A stretch of DNA of 64,000 nucleotides from a virus. Positions 1-8,972 of this stretch are shown here, piece after piece; position 1 is the first letter of the stretch, and the number at the start of each line of letters is the position of its first letter. The stretch is taken from IMG/VR virus record IMGVR_UViG_3300017917_002740, positions 1-64,000 of that record; one strand, 5' to 3'. Below the pieces are notes generated by a model. The model was not told where the DNA came from. It saw only the letters and a list, made by a program, of their open reading frames with translations, and did no database searches. The position numbers and the translations under genes are program-made.

Positions 1-255
1 ACCTTGACCATTATACAGCGACTCGAGCCATCGTTTGAATTGGATGAATTCGATGTCCCTGTCATTGTGTTGCACACTGATCCACACCCTGAAATGAAAG
101 ATGTGGCGATGAGGGTGACCCAAAAACGATACGTCATATTCATCTCCTGTAGCTAAATTGGGATCTGTAAGAGCCGCAGGATATTTATGAATGCCTTCCT
201 TGCGGAAAGTAACCCAAATCATTTTGTTAGGACGGATATCCTGTCTAATAATCAT
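1..255 (-). CDS. QueD-like / 6-pyruvoyl-tetrahydropterin synthase-like T-fold protein, partial (runs off the window edge)
   Basis: Not in the ORF track. Manual translation from ATG at 255: MIIRQDIRPNKMIWVTFRKEGIHKYPAA...FLGHPHRHIFHFRVWISVQHNDRDIEFIQFKRWL. The H...HxHxH pattern resembles QueD Zn ligands. ATGA overlap with the upstream ORF. Confidence 0.65.
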   Translation of the reverse strand, partial: MIIRQDIRPNKMIWVTFRKEGIHKYPAALTDPNLATGDEYDVSFLGHPHRHIFHFRVWISVQHNDRDIEFIQFKRWLESLYNGQG

Positions 256-476
256 TTTGTAAGACCTTCGCAGAGTTTTTGAATTTCTTGATCAGTCATA
301 AAGAAATTGTATGTTGAAGAGTTTATAACTTCACCTTTGTCATTTAGTGATTCATTGATAAATTCAATGCTATTTAGATTAGATGGAGCAACGCATTTTA
401 AACTTTTTACACGCAATCTAAAAGCGTCGCTTTGTTTAACTACAAATTCTTTTACATTCAAATGTTCCTGAATCAT
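252..476 (-). CDS. hypothetical protein (74 aa)
   Basis: ATGA-coupled on both sides within the operon. Confidence 0.7.
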   Translation of the reverse strand: MIQEHLNVKEFVVKQSDAFRLRVKSLKCVAPSNLNSIEFINESLNDKGEVINSSTYNFFMTDQEIQKLCEGLTK

Positions 477-817
477 CTCATACTCTCCATAGTAATAATT
501 TTACCAAGTTCTGCACCTAAATCTTTATCTTCAGTGATCACATACATTGAACTATTATTTTCGTCTTTGCGTCGATCATAAGTGCGTGTTTCAATTACAA
601 AACCACCATTGGCTTTGAATACAGTAAACCGCATGCCTTCTGAATCTAAACTCGGGACTTCATGAATAGCAAGAGGAATACTATCATAATCCTCTTCGTC
701 CATTAACCAATTACGTATTTTCTGTTTTAAACTTAGTTTCATTTTTCTTGCCTTGGGTATTGTTCGAGACTGTTTAGCAGATCTTATTGATGCAACTGTT
801 ACTCTGCCGTTACTCAT
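473..817 (-). CDS. hypothetical protein (114 aa)
   Basis: Translationally coupled ORF. Confidence 0.7.
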   Translation of the reverse strand: MSNGRVTVASIRSAKQSRTIPKARKMKLSLKQKIRNWLMDEEDYDSIPLAIHEVPSLDSEGMRFTVFKANGGFVIETRTYDRRKDENNSSMYVITEDKDLGAELGKIITMESMR

Positions 818-1341
818 TTTATAATTTCATCCTTGCCATATTGATCCCAATCAGTAAATCGATCTCTACCCATTAAGTCCTGTAAGTTATGGCACCAAAC
901 TCCAGGATTGGTTGCTGCAAAATCTTTGTCATCAATTTTAAGTGTAGCGTTGTAGCCTAATTGTTTTACATAAGGTAATTTTACACTAATCTGCGGAATA
1001 AATCTACGATATTCTATTAGCGGACTTTCCAAAAGACCTTCTGTTTCACGAACATCGAAGTCCAAAGTACACCAAAAGTCTGCTTCCAAACAGGCTTTGA
1101 TCATCTTTTCCCAAGGAGTCCATCCTACAACATCATCAGCGCCTTCTGTGTGAAAACTTTGATTAGCACCAAAATAGATATGATTACACTCTTTTTCTTT
1201 GGTCAATGCAATAATTTTATCTGCATCTTGAACACCCACTACAAATAGAGTTTTCATTCCGTATGCAGGTGTGTGTTCAATCTCTGTGCCTACAAAAAAC
1301 GTAATGTCTGATGCTACGCCAGTGTTATAATCTCGTTTCAT
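814..1341 (-). CDS. conserved phage hypothetical protein in the deazaguanine locus (175 aa)
   Basis: Globular alpha/beta-looking protein (GTEIEHTPAYG, HIYFGANQSF) between the DpdA-like and QueD-like genes. Confidence 0.7.
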   Translation of the reverse strand: MKRDYNTGVASDITFFVGTEIEHTPAYGMKTLFVVGVQDADKIIALTKEKECNHIYFGANQSFHTEGADDVVGWTPWEKMIKACLEADFWCTLDFDVRETEGLLESPLIEYRRFIPQISVKLPYVKQLGYNATLKIDDKDFAATNPGVWCHNLQDLMGRDRFTDWDQYGKDEIIK

Positions 1342-1484
1342 TTTTTAAATAGGCCTTGTATTGTTTTTATTAAGTTAAGAAATCTTTCACGATAGATGTT
1401 GGCAGATGAAGGAAGGTGCGGACAACGTCCTTGCCGCCAATCGCAATTTGGTTTGATTTCTTTCTTGCAAATGTTACACTTCAT
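1338..1484 (-). CDS. small Cys-rich protein (48 aa), possible Zn-binder
   Basis: Manual translation MKCNICKKEIKPNCDWRQGRCPHLPSSANIYRERFLNLIKTIQGLFKK; fills the gap with ATGA overlaps at both ends. Confidence 0.6.
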   Translation of the reverse strand: MKCNICKKEIKPNCDWRQGRCPHLPSSANIYRERFLNLIKTIQGLFKK

Positions 1485-1663
1485 TCTTCTAATCCGGCCT
1501 GTTTGGCTTTCATCATTTCGATTTCATCTTTGATCTGTAATTTTTTCTTTTTTAATTCTTCAAGATGTAAATCTTCGTATAGGCCAGTTATTTCTAAATG
1601 CTCTATTTGTTTATCTAATACGTGATGCATTTCTTCGAGATGTTTAATGCGATTTTCGTACAT
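1481..1663 (-). CDS. YdcH/DUF465-like small coiled-coil protein
   Basis: LEEMHHVLDKQI...LEELKKKKLQIKDEI pattern; AAGGA SD before ATG 1663. Confidence 0.6.
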   Translation of the reverse strand: MYENRIKHLEEMHHVLDKQIEHLEITGLYEDLHLEELKKKKLQIKDEIEMMKAKQAGLEE

Positions 1664-1673
1664 ATCACATTCC

Positions 1674-3215
1674 TTATTCAGCAACTATTTCTTCTTCTAA
1701 GGCACGTAATTCGTCATCATCAGGGTTACTAAAATCAATCTCATCTTGACGAATTTCTTCTACTTCAAATAAACTACCAAATGTATTCTGTGCAGGACCA
1801 CCTTGTAATCGTGAACCTTCAAGGGTTTTTAAGAAACCTGCAGCGTCTGAAATTAATTGAAATGCTTCTGCTTTGGTTTTAGTATTGAATAGCTCTTCAA
1901 CAAATGTAGCAAAGTATAGAATTCTATTAGGAACCCAATCGCTGTATTCGATCTCTTTCTTGCCTTCGACACCTTTCATGCGCCAGTCGGGCTTGTGTTT
2001 AGCAGTTTCAATGTCCATAAGTTGTTGAGCACGTTGTACCGCAACAATATGACATTCAACATTATGGCCCATCATTAGAGCATAAGCAAAGCTATCCCAA
2101 GAAGTTTTACCTTCTTTGCCGATCTTGTTTAACATACCAGGAGCATACCAACAGATATCACCCATAGTTAAACGACTTGCAGTTTCACTGGCAAACGGAA
2201 ACGGTATGTCGCTCTTAGCCAATGCCTTGTTATCCGGAGCCTTGTCCATGATCACTGACCAACGCTTGTTTGTGTGTTGTGCATTGGTGTAAACAAGACC
2301 GTGTGCTGTAGCAATAAACGGTGATGCACAATCGAAACTAATAGTAATATCTGGATTAATGTGTTTGCGGATTTGTCTTTGAATCAAAGTTAGATAACAT
2401 GACCAATCAAGTTGTGCAGTACCCAAGAAGTGCATCCAGTTTTTACCTGTAAGCATACCTTCATCACGCATGGTCATTAGGCGTTTAAGTGTAATATCCA
2501 TCTTACACATGTTTGCGCCACCCATGGCCCAACCTTCTGCTTCCTTGCCAGCATACTTGCCTTTAGGGTCACTAAACTCTTTGACACCCTCATACCAACG
2601 TTCGGCAGTATCCCAGTCTGATCCTTGCAGAACGTTGAGCCACTTGGTCTGTCCTAAGCGGTTGTTTAAGAAATAGTCGTTGTTGAAACGAGTCTTTTCG
2701 AGACAGTCTTCAAATGTTTTTAATCCAGTCTTTGGACTATGGATATGATCACAGGCCCATGTCGGCACGTCCAGCATCATAGACCAATCAGCAGTTAATT
2801 CTAACCATTCAAGAATCTTTTGTCGAGTTTTATTAGCTTCGGCACCTTCGAAGTTTAACCAATCAAATTTAAGAACACCTTTACCGATCTGATAACCACC
2901 GGAGTCACCTAAGATCATTGTAGCATTACGATCACGTTGCTGGATCATAGATTCTTGTGTAAGACTCTTATTGAGATCTAACTGTGCGTGACCTGCTGAA
3001 TACAGACCGTATTTGTAATAGAAGTATCCTTGTTCTGGATTTAAGAAATTCATACCCTCGATTCCGCGATCAAATCCTTTAGGAATACGTTCTTGTGGAA
3101 TAAATTCTTCTAATCTTTGTTTTGCAATATAAGTGCTATAGAAAGAACTGATTGCAGGCAAATAGACTGCATAATCTTTCTGTAATGGTGTTAGGTCAAC
3201 TGGTTGTTTGCTCAT
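1674..3215 (-). CDS. dpdA: DpdA/TGT-like guanine transglycosylase (7-deazaguanine DNA modification)
   Basis: TGT-fold motifs LGDSGGYQ, MMLDVP, NVLQG, GWAMGG, MHFLG, SFDCASP; QueD-like neighbour. Confidence 0.75.
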   Translation of the reverse strand: MSKQPVDLTPLQKDYAVYLPAISSFYSTYIAKQRLEEFIPQERIPKGFDRGIEGMNFLNPEQGYFYYKYGLYSAGHAQLDLNKSLTQESMIQQRDRNATMILGDSGGYQIGKGVLKFDWLNFEGAEANKTRQKILEWLELTADWSMMLDVPTWACDHIHSPKTGLKTFEDCLEKTRFNNDYFLNNRLGQTKWLNVLQGSDWDTAERWYEGVKEFSDPKGKYAGKEAEGWAMGGANMCKMDITLKRLMTMRDEGMLTGKNWMHFLGTAQLDWSCYLTLIQRQIRKHINPDITISFDCASPFIATAHGLVYTNAQHTNKRWSVIMDKAPDNKALAKSDIPFPFASETASRLTMGDICWYAPGMLNKIGKEGKTSWDSFAYALMMGHNVECHIVAVQRAQQLMDIETAKHKPDWRMKGVEGKKEIEYSDWVPNRILYFATFVEELFNTKTKAEAFQLISDAAGFLKTLEGSRLQGGPAQNTFGSLFEVEEIRQDEIDFSNPDDDELRALEEEIVAE

Positions 3216-3570
3216 GTTCTCTCGCTAATTTTGCCGTGATATCTAATTGTTTACGTGCCTGTTCTGCATTGTCTAATGCTATTTTAACAGCCTTATTCGT
3301 TTTTGCCAAACTTTCCCAAGCCAATTCTTCATCTCGCTTCTTACGTGCCCAATCAAGCAAGGATTCTGCTTCGTCGTTTAACCCGATTTTAGCATAATCC
3401 ATATTGAGCATAATCCAAGCAGTACCATCGAATACTTCTATGCATTGATTGGAAGTATTAAAACGCATATTGCCAACACCTTGGGCGCCGGCATATCCGT
3501 TAACATAAGTGCTTGATGCACTGGACGAAACATTCATGTAACGTCCAGATTGTGTGATGCCTTTGATCAT
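3196..3570 (-). CDS. hypothetical protein (124 aa)
   Basis: Coupled ORF with a C-terminal coiled coil. Confidence 0.7.
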   Translation of the reverse strand: MIKGITQSGRYMNVSSSASSTYVNGYAGAQGVGNMRFNTSNQCIEVFDGTAWIMLNMDYAKIGLNDEAESLLDWARKKRDEELAWESLAKTNKAVKIALDNAEQARKQLDITAKLAREHEQTTS

Positions 3571-4307
3571 TAGGCTGCCTGAGCTGGAATGATGTATTTG
3601 TAAGTAGCTAAGCCGCTGTCTAAAGTAATCTGGATAGCACCTTCGTTACTTAGACTCATCTTTGTGTTGTTGACATCTGCAATCTTAAGAATGCTCAAGA
3701 TTGGCAGTACTGGCCATGTCCAACCGCGATCAAGTTTACCTGCCACGTTCTGCGCAAATACAAATTCACCACCGTGTGTTGAAGCATCACCAAAAATAAA
3801 CTTTAGATTTCCACCATCAGTCTTTGCTAAGAAAGTTGGATGTTCATTATTGGCACCTGCTTGGAAGTTGAAACGCTGAACAGAAGCTACGCTTGGTTCA
3901 ATCTCAACATCCCACTTAACACCACGGAACTTAACAGTCTTCATCTTTTCGTTGATGATTTCCTGATTCATAAAACGATAGTCGTTCTTAAAGTCGCCGT
4001 CTTTGTTTTCAAAGTGAATACCTACAGGCACAGTTTCGCCATTGCGTTCTGCTGTGGTAATACTGATCTTGGCATCTTCTTTGTACTCTGAACCATCAAG
4101 TAGATACTTTAATTTTTGTAGTTGCGGCATACCAAATGTGCCCAACATATCAGGATAAGGGTTAGCAGTTGTGGCTTCCATGATCACTGAGCGATCATCT
4201 GCCATAGAAAAAATGCTGGTGCCTTCTTCTGTGCCTGTTACTTTAACAGTTGTTAGGAAGCCTAAGTTTTGTGTGTGGCTTACGATGTCTTGTAAAATGT
4301 CTTTCAT
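3570..4307 (-). CDS. DNA polymerase sliding clamp (gp45/PCNA-like)
   Basis: 245 aa with clamp-like alternating beta/alpha pattern and C-terminal YKYIIP; directly downstream of PolB. Confidence 0.65.
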   Translation of the reverse strand: MKDILQDIVSHTQNLGFLTTVKVTGTEEGTSIFSMADDRSVIMEATTANPYPDMLGTFGMPQLQKLKYLLDGSEYKEDAKISITTAERNGETVPVGIHFENKDGDFKNDYRFMNQEIINEKMKTVKFRGVKWDVEIEPSVASVQRFNFQAGANNEHPTFLAKTDGGNLKFIFGDASTHGGEFVFAQNVAGKLDRGWTWPVLPILSILKIADVNNTKMSLSNEGAIQITLDSGLATYKYIIPAQAA

Positions 4308-4332
4308 TTAGAGAGTCTCCATGTATATTAAG

Positions 4333-4361
4333 ATTATATTTAGATCTTGAGTGAAAATCAA
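4333..4361 (-). promoter_or_regulatory. sigma70-type promoter TTGATT-17-TATAAT overlapping a late TAAATA box
   Basis: Plus-strand aatcaa 4356-4361, attata 4333-4338, tattta 4337-4342; upstream of the clamp gene. Confidence 0.55.
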
Positions 4362-4369
4362 CCTTGAAA

Positions 4370-7036
4370 TCACTCAAAATCAAATAATTTTGAGAATGTA
4401 TTGTCCGACCTTGTTGAACTGATGTCCCATTCCAAAACACCAATAAGGTTTTCTAATTTTTCATCGATAACCGTATTTTCCATCTCAGCATCGTTGAATG
4501 GTAAGTCTTTGAACCATTGTGGTAAACGTAGTTCATCTACAGGATAAGCCACTGAGGTATAACCCATAGGATTGTCTTTGACCTTACAGACAATGACCTT
4601 GGCTCCGTCTGTGATACTCATTGAGTATTTGTCATCCATCATCCGTTTGAGCGTATTCCAATTAAGACTTGCTCTAACGTGCCCTGGCATATTAGCTTTG
4701 CCTGCTTTCTTTTCTTTGGCAGCATACTCAGTAATATTGTTGGCACGTTTAGGCGAACCTTTCTCCCAACCAGGGCGTGTTTTAAATTCAGTGCGGAAGT
4801 TGGTAATGTATTCTAATACCTGTTCTTTTTCTGCACCATTAAGCACCTGTGTCAGTACTTCACTTAAGAAGTCTTGGATAACAACCGGGGTATCTGACCG
4901 CTTGAGGTCGAGCCCCATGGCCTTGATCTTGCCGCCTTGCCCGTCTGTGTCTGCTCGCTTTCCTTCTTTGTCGTAGTAGAGTACGGCATATCTTTTCTTA
5001 GTAATGAACAAACCTTTTGATGCGACAATTTCTCTTCCTGCTTTGATAACATCTCCTCTGGTCTTTGGACAGTGGAAGCTATCTTGCATGAATTTAACAA
5101 AGGTTTCATTTACAGTTTCTCCTATGGTATCGTAAAGTTCAATTACAGATTCTCTGGTCCATGGTAATGCACCAGAATCGATATCTTTTTTCAGTGTCTT
5201 ATAAGCTGAAAAATAGCAGGAGTCTGTGTCGCCATAGATAATAGCTTTACCTACGTGATCATACTCGCCTGTGATAATTTCATTTACTTTGGCAGCCATA
5301 TGCTTGGCAATCTGTCTACCAGTAAGAGTTGTTGACTGTCCGATTCTGTTGTCAAAGAAACGACAACCAGGGTTAAGAATAGCACCGTACAAACTGTTCA
5401 AGTTAATCTTCTTAACCAACTGACGTTTGTCCCAGTATTCTTCTTCTACTTTGTTACCTGCTTTGATACATTCTTTAAGTTTGGCCTGCATTTCTTTACG
5501 TTCAGCATACCAACGCTTTAACAGTCCAGGAATAATACCTTCTCTTTCATAGGTAAAGATAGTACCGTTAGCACTGAGCATCCATGGTTGATTGTTTTCA
5601 AAAATTAAATCGTAAATCTGTGCGGCGCTGAGTGTGTCACTACCGCCATCTTCCCAGTCAACAGTAATTTCTCTGCCAGCTTCACGGTTCATAACAGCAG
5701 TATATTCAAGACTACCGAACACTCCTTCCCAGGCAGATGCAAATGATTTACCTTTGGCCTGTTCAGCGGCAATAAAGTCTTTGGTGCCATCTTGACGTAG
5801 TTGACCCACGATAGTCTCTGGGCCCATGTTAAGGGCACGAATCGCAGAAGGATACAGTGAGTTGATATCTAACGAACCGATCCATTCATGGATACCTTTC
5901 TTTGGAAATGCCACATACGCACCTGCAGCCTGCGTGTCAAGTCCTTCGCGATTAACACGATTAGGTACAATCATGCCACGCTTGTGAGCTTCATTGATAA
6001 TGGCCTGTTCAGTTACAGCCACAGCACCCATAGTAGTCTGTAGCAATACTGTACATTCATGCGCCAGTGTGTTAGCAAGGTCCATGAACTTGAGTTTTTT
6101 ATCTAAGTCGTCAAGCAGTTGACAGTCTTGTCTGTTATATTCAATAAACTTTTTAAAGTCATTGTTATAAAGTTGATCAAGTGTGCCTTCATACTGTGTC
6201 TTTCTTTGACCTAATTCATATTCTGCAATAGCATCTAATCGATATGTATGACGTTCTTCATAGGTGTACTTGCGATACAGTTCGAGACTGTCAAGATGCA
6301 CACGACCTATAAAGTCATAGGTCACAGCAGTTTTGCCATACTTTTCATATTCACGTTTCTTGGGAAATTGATTCCATAAGCAAAAACGTCTTGTATCTTC
6401 TTTGCTTAGGACTTTGGTCACACGATTAACTGTATATGGAATATCAAAGCCTTCTGAGTTCCAACCGCTTAGTACATCTGCATCTTCAATTAAGTCGAGG
6501 AAAGTATCTAACATGTCTGCTTCGTTGTTGAAAAGCATGGTATTTGGGAATTCCTCCACCATTCTTTTACCTTCCTCCATGCTGACAGTCTTAGGAGGAA
6601 TAGCCAAACAGACCATAGTGTTTAACCACTGTAAGTGAACAGCAATAGCAGTGATAGGCATAAACGCATCTTCTGGTGATGCATAACCACGTTCTGGGTC
6701 GAAGTCGACCTCAATATCGAAAAACGCTACATTTAGTTTAGGTGCATCTTGATTAAGATAATGATCTTCAAGACAGCGATAGATGGGGTTAATATCTGAT
6801 TCGTAAAGTTTCTTGTTGCTGTGAATGGCTAATTCTTTGCGTAGCTCTTTGACATTCTTACAACTTACACGAGTAAGCGGCTCGCCTTTGATTGATTGAA
6901 ACTTACCTTTGGGATCAGAATAGTAAAATAGGTGTTTGGCAGCATATTCTTTATAATGCCTCTGCCCTTTGTTATCACGCTCAACGACACGAATAAGGTC
7001 ATTGTCGCGATCATAGAATGCGTCAACGTAACTCAA
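4370..7036 (-). CDS. family B DNA polymerase (T4 gp43-like), TTG start
   Basis: Exonuclease motifs FDIE, GWNSEGFDIPY, YNRQD; polymerase motifs SLDINSLYPS, KINLNSLYG, YGDTDS, KKRYA; AGGAG SD before TTG. Confidence 0.97.
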   Translation of the reverse strand: MSYVDAFYDRDNDLIRVVERDNKGQRHYKEYAAKHLFYYSDPKGKFQSIKGEPLTRVSCKNVKELRKELAIHSNKKLYESDINPIYRCLEDHYLNQDAPKLNVAFFDIEVDFDPERGYASPEDAFMPITAIAVHLQWLNTMVCLAIPPKTVSMEEGKRMVEEFPNTMLFNNEADMLDTFLDLIEDADVLSGWNSEGFDIPYTVNRVTKVLSKEDTRRFCLWNQFPKKREYEKYGKTAVTYDFIGRVHLDSLELYRKYTYEERHTYRLDAIAEYELGQRKTQYEGTLDQLYNNDFKKFIEYNRQDCQLLDDLDKKLKFMDLANTLAHECTVLLQTTMGAVAVTEQAIINEAHKRGMIVPNRVNREGLDTQAAGAYVAFPKKGIHEWIGSLDINSLYPSAIRALNMGPETIVGQLRQDGTKDFIAAEQAKGKSFASAWEGVFGSLEYTAVMNREAGREITVDWEDGGSDTLSAAQIYDLIFENNQPWMLSANGTIFTYEREGIIPGLLKRWYAERKEMQAKLKECIKAGNKVEEEYWDKRQLVKKINLNSLYGAILNPGCRFFDNRIGQSTTLTGRQIAKHMAAKVNEIITGEYDHVGKAIIYGDTDSCYFSAYKTLKKDIDSGALPWTRESVIELYDTIGETVNETFVKFMQDSFHCPKTRGDVIKAGREIVASKGLFITKKRYAVLYYDKEGKRADTDGQGGKIKAMGLDLKRSDTPVVIQDFLSEVLTQVLNGAEKEQVLEYITNFRTEFKTRPGWEKGSPKRANNITEYAAKEKKAGKANMPGHVRASLNWNTLKRMMDDKYSMSITDGAKVIVCKVKDNPMGYTSVAYPVDELRLPQWFKDLPFNDAEMENTVIDEKLENLIGVLEWDISSTRSDNTFSKLFDFE

Positions 7037-7048
7037 ATTTTTCTCCTA

Positions 7049-7099
7049 TGCAATTTATGGCTTGCAAATACCTACTGTGCGGTTTATGGCCTCGCCTAC
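7049..7099 (-). promoter_or_regulatory. tandem hairpins with identical 8-nt loop (GCCAUAAA), putative PolB translational operator
   Basis: mRNA reads GCGAG-GCCAUAAA-CCGC ... UGCAA-GCCAUAAA-UUGCA-UAGGAG(SD). Confidence 0.65.
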
Positions 7100-7107
7100 C
7101 TTTCTCA

Positions 7108-7398
7108 TTAATTACTTATCAGTCTTGCCAATGCTACTGTGTCGATTGTGACCATAAGTAGGTAATTAGCCAACAGACCAAAGGAACCCCGATTGTAACA
7201 ACACCAAGCATATATAACACACCCTGATATCCAAAGAGGGTAAAGAACCAGGAAAGGTGGTGTTGGAACGGTGAATGCCATAGTGACAGCGCAACCAATA
7301 GAAAGAATCCAAGCAAAGACCTCAAGACAAAAACGTATTCTATTGCTCGAGTAGTCTTGCTTGATCCAATCATAGATGCCATATAGCTTGTCTATCAT
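7108..7398 (-). CDS. small membrane protein (about 3 TM)
   Basis: Three hydrophobic stretches in 96 aa. Confidence 0.65.
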   Translation of the reverse strand: MIDKLYGIYDWIKQDYSSNRIRFCLEVFAWILSIGCAVTMAFTVPTPPFLVLYPLWISGCVIYAWCCYNRGSFGLLANYLLMVTIDTVALARLISN

Positions 7399-7661
7399 TC
7401 TTTATCTGGAATACGCTTGGTAATACCAAGAATGCCTTCAATCTCTTCCCACTCTTCTTCGTGGCTTTGCCAATTATCTTTATGAGCAATTTTAATTGCT
7501 TTGGTAATGATACTGGGTTTGATTTGCAGTTCTTCTGCAACCGCTTTGACAGTTTCTTTTAAGCCTTCTTGAAGATCTTCTACTTCACGTAGAACATTTG
7601 AACCTTCATTGATTAATCTTTCCAATTTAGCTTTTTCTTCTGGACCGTACATTCTTGCCAT
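7395..7661 (-). CDS. T4 DsbA-like double-stranded DNA-binding protein
   Basis: 88 aa helical protein with LKETVKAVAEELQIKPSIITKAIKIAHK; AGGAG SD. Confidence 0.6.
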   Translation of the reverse strand: MARMYGPEEKAKLERLINEGSNVLREVEDLQEGLKETVKAVAEELQIKPSIITKAIKIAHKDNWQSHEEEWEEIEGILGITKRIPDKE

Positions 7662-7682
7662 ATAAATCTCCTATGAGTGTAT

Positions 7683-7711
7683 ATTATACAGTGAATAAAA
7701 AAGCCAGTCAA
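7683..7711 (-). promoter_or_regulatory. sigma70 promoter TTGACT-17-TATAAT for the replication operon
   Basis: Plus-strand agtcaa 7706-7711 and attata 7683-7688. Confidence 0.75.
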
Positions 7712-7730
7712 CTAAGGACTGGCTTCTTTT
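7697..7730. terminator. intrinsic, potentially bidirectional terminator
   Basis: aagccagtc/gactggctt 9-bp stem flanked by A and T runs. Confidence 0.75.
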
Positions 7731-7746
7731 GAGTAATTTGGTTAAA

Positions 7747-8679
7747 TTACTTTTGATCTTCGCTTAGTACATCGTACATTTCAAATACGCCGCCGTTGCG
7801 TTCATAAATCAAACCGGCATATACTTCTGCTTTCATGCCTTCGCCTAATTTATTACGAGCTACACGTGATGCCCAATTGAATAATTCTTTGTCAACAGGA
7901 TCAATAGCTTGCTGTCCGCCACTTTCTTGAACAAGTTTAACCATATCTTTAAAAGATAATTTTTGTTCAACTGACTCGGCCACCATTGCTTTTTTAGATT
8001 CTACACCTTCCTTAGCACGTAGTTTCTTTAGAACTGCACCAGCAACTGCTTCGCCACTCTTGGCTCCGCCTTTTTCTGCCTTCTTAGCAATTTTAGCAAA
8101 CTGCTTACCTGGCTTGCCAATGTCTTTACCAGCACGAGCCTTCTTAGCAGAATAGTCACCTGTGGAACCTTCTTTGACTGCACCTTTCTTTTTGTCAGCA
8201 GCAGCTTTCTTCATTGTTTCTTTTTTGTTGCCGTCTTTGTCAAGATCGATATAGTCTGGCTTGGCAGCTTCTACCATCTTAGAAAACTTTTCTTTGAATG
8301 CTTCTGGATCAATGGATTCTTTTTTAGCTTTCTTGGCTTTTTTATCTTTAGGATGATCTTCGTCATCTTCTTCTTTTTCTTCTGAGCCACCGTAGTGTTT
8401 ACCTGCAGTGTGCTTGATACCAGTCTTGGTCTTTTCAATAGTACCGCCAGTTGAAGAAGTTTTCTTATCGCCTACTTTCATTTCTTCTTTGACAGCTTCT
8501 TCTTGCTTTTCGTCTTTCTTCATTTTCTTAGCTTCTTCTAAGATTGATGAAGTACCAGCAAGAACACGCAATTGTGCGTCTTCATTTAGCTGTACAGGCT
8601 TTGGTAGCTCTGGAGCTGCAACAGTTTCGATTTTGTCATCTAAACTGCTGATTTTGTTAATTAGTGATTTGAAGTCCAT
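7747..8679 (-). CDS. Lys/Glu-rich late protein, putative head internal or scaffold-type protein
   Basis: Late TAAATA box at 8709-8714; many x-x-E|A/G/S sites; DLDKDG EF-hand-like loop. Confidence 0.55.
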   Translation of the reverse strand: MDFKSLINKISSLDDKIETVAAPELPKPVQLNEDAQLRVLAGTSSILEEAKKMKKDEKQEEAVKEEMKVGDKKTSSTGGTIEKTKTGIKHTAGKHYGGSEEKEEDDEDHPKDKKAKKAKKESIDPEAFKEKFSKMVEAAKPDYIDLDKDGNKKETMKKAAADKKKGAVKEGSTGDYSAKKARAGKDIGKPGKQFAKIAKKAEKGGAKSGEAVAGAVLKKLRAKEGVESKKAMVAESVEQKLSFKDMVKLVQESGGQQAIDPVDKELFNWASRVARNKLGEGMKAEVYAGLIYERNGGVFEMYDVLSEDQK

Positions 8680-8711
8680 TTTTAATCCTTGCTTAAAGGT
8701 GCATATTGTAT

Positions 8712-8972
8712 TTATCTTTTGATGGCTGAGCCGCTACCGAATATATTACCCTTCATATCCAGTGCGTTTTTAGCCGTGCCCTGCGCTGTTTTAGGCTGTA
8801 CAACCTTAGGCTGCGGTGGTGCTTTTGTACCGCTGCCTGTGGTAGGACTACCTATGTAACTCTTTTTACCACGAGCTTTTCCTGGGCTTAAATGAGGAGC
8901 ATCTACAGTAGCTATATTACCCGAGCTGGTAGCACCTGCAGTTGCTGACTCTAAAATTTCGTGTATTTTCAT
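8712..8972 (-). CDS. putative internal head protein
   Basis: N-terminus MKIHEILE|SATAG resembles a T4 capsid-targeting sequence; late box 5 nt upstream. Confidence 0.55.
   Translation of the reverse strand: MKIHEILESATAGATSSGNIATVDAPHLSPGKARGKKSYIGSPTTGSGTKAPPQPKVVQPKTAQGTAKNALDMKGNIFGSGSAIKR

Noticed and set aside
5520-5820. Possible intein in PolB between motifs A and B
   Set aside because: No N-terminal Cys/Ser with C-terminal His-Asn and no LAGLIDADG motif; looks like an ordinary insertion
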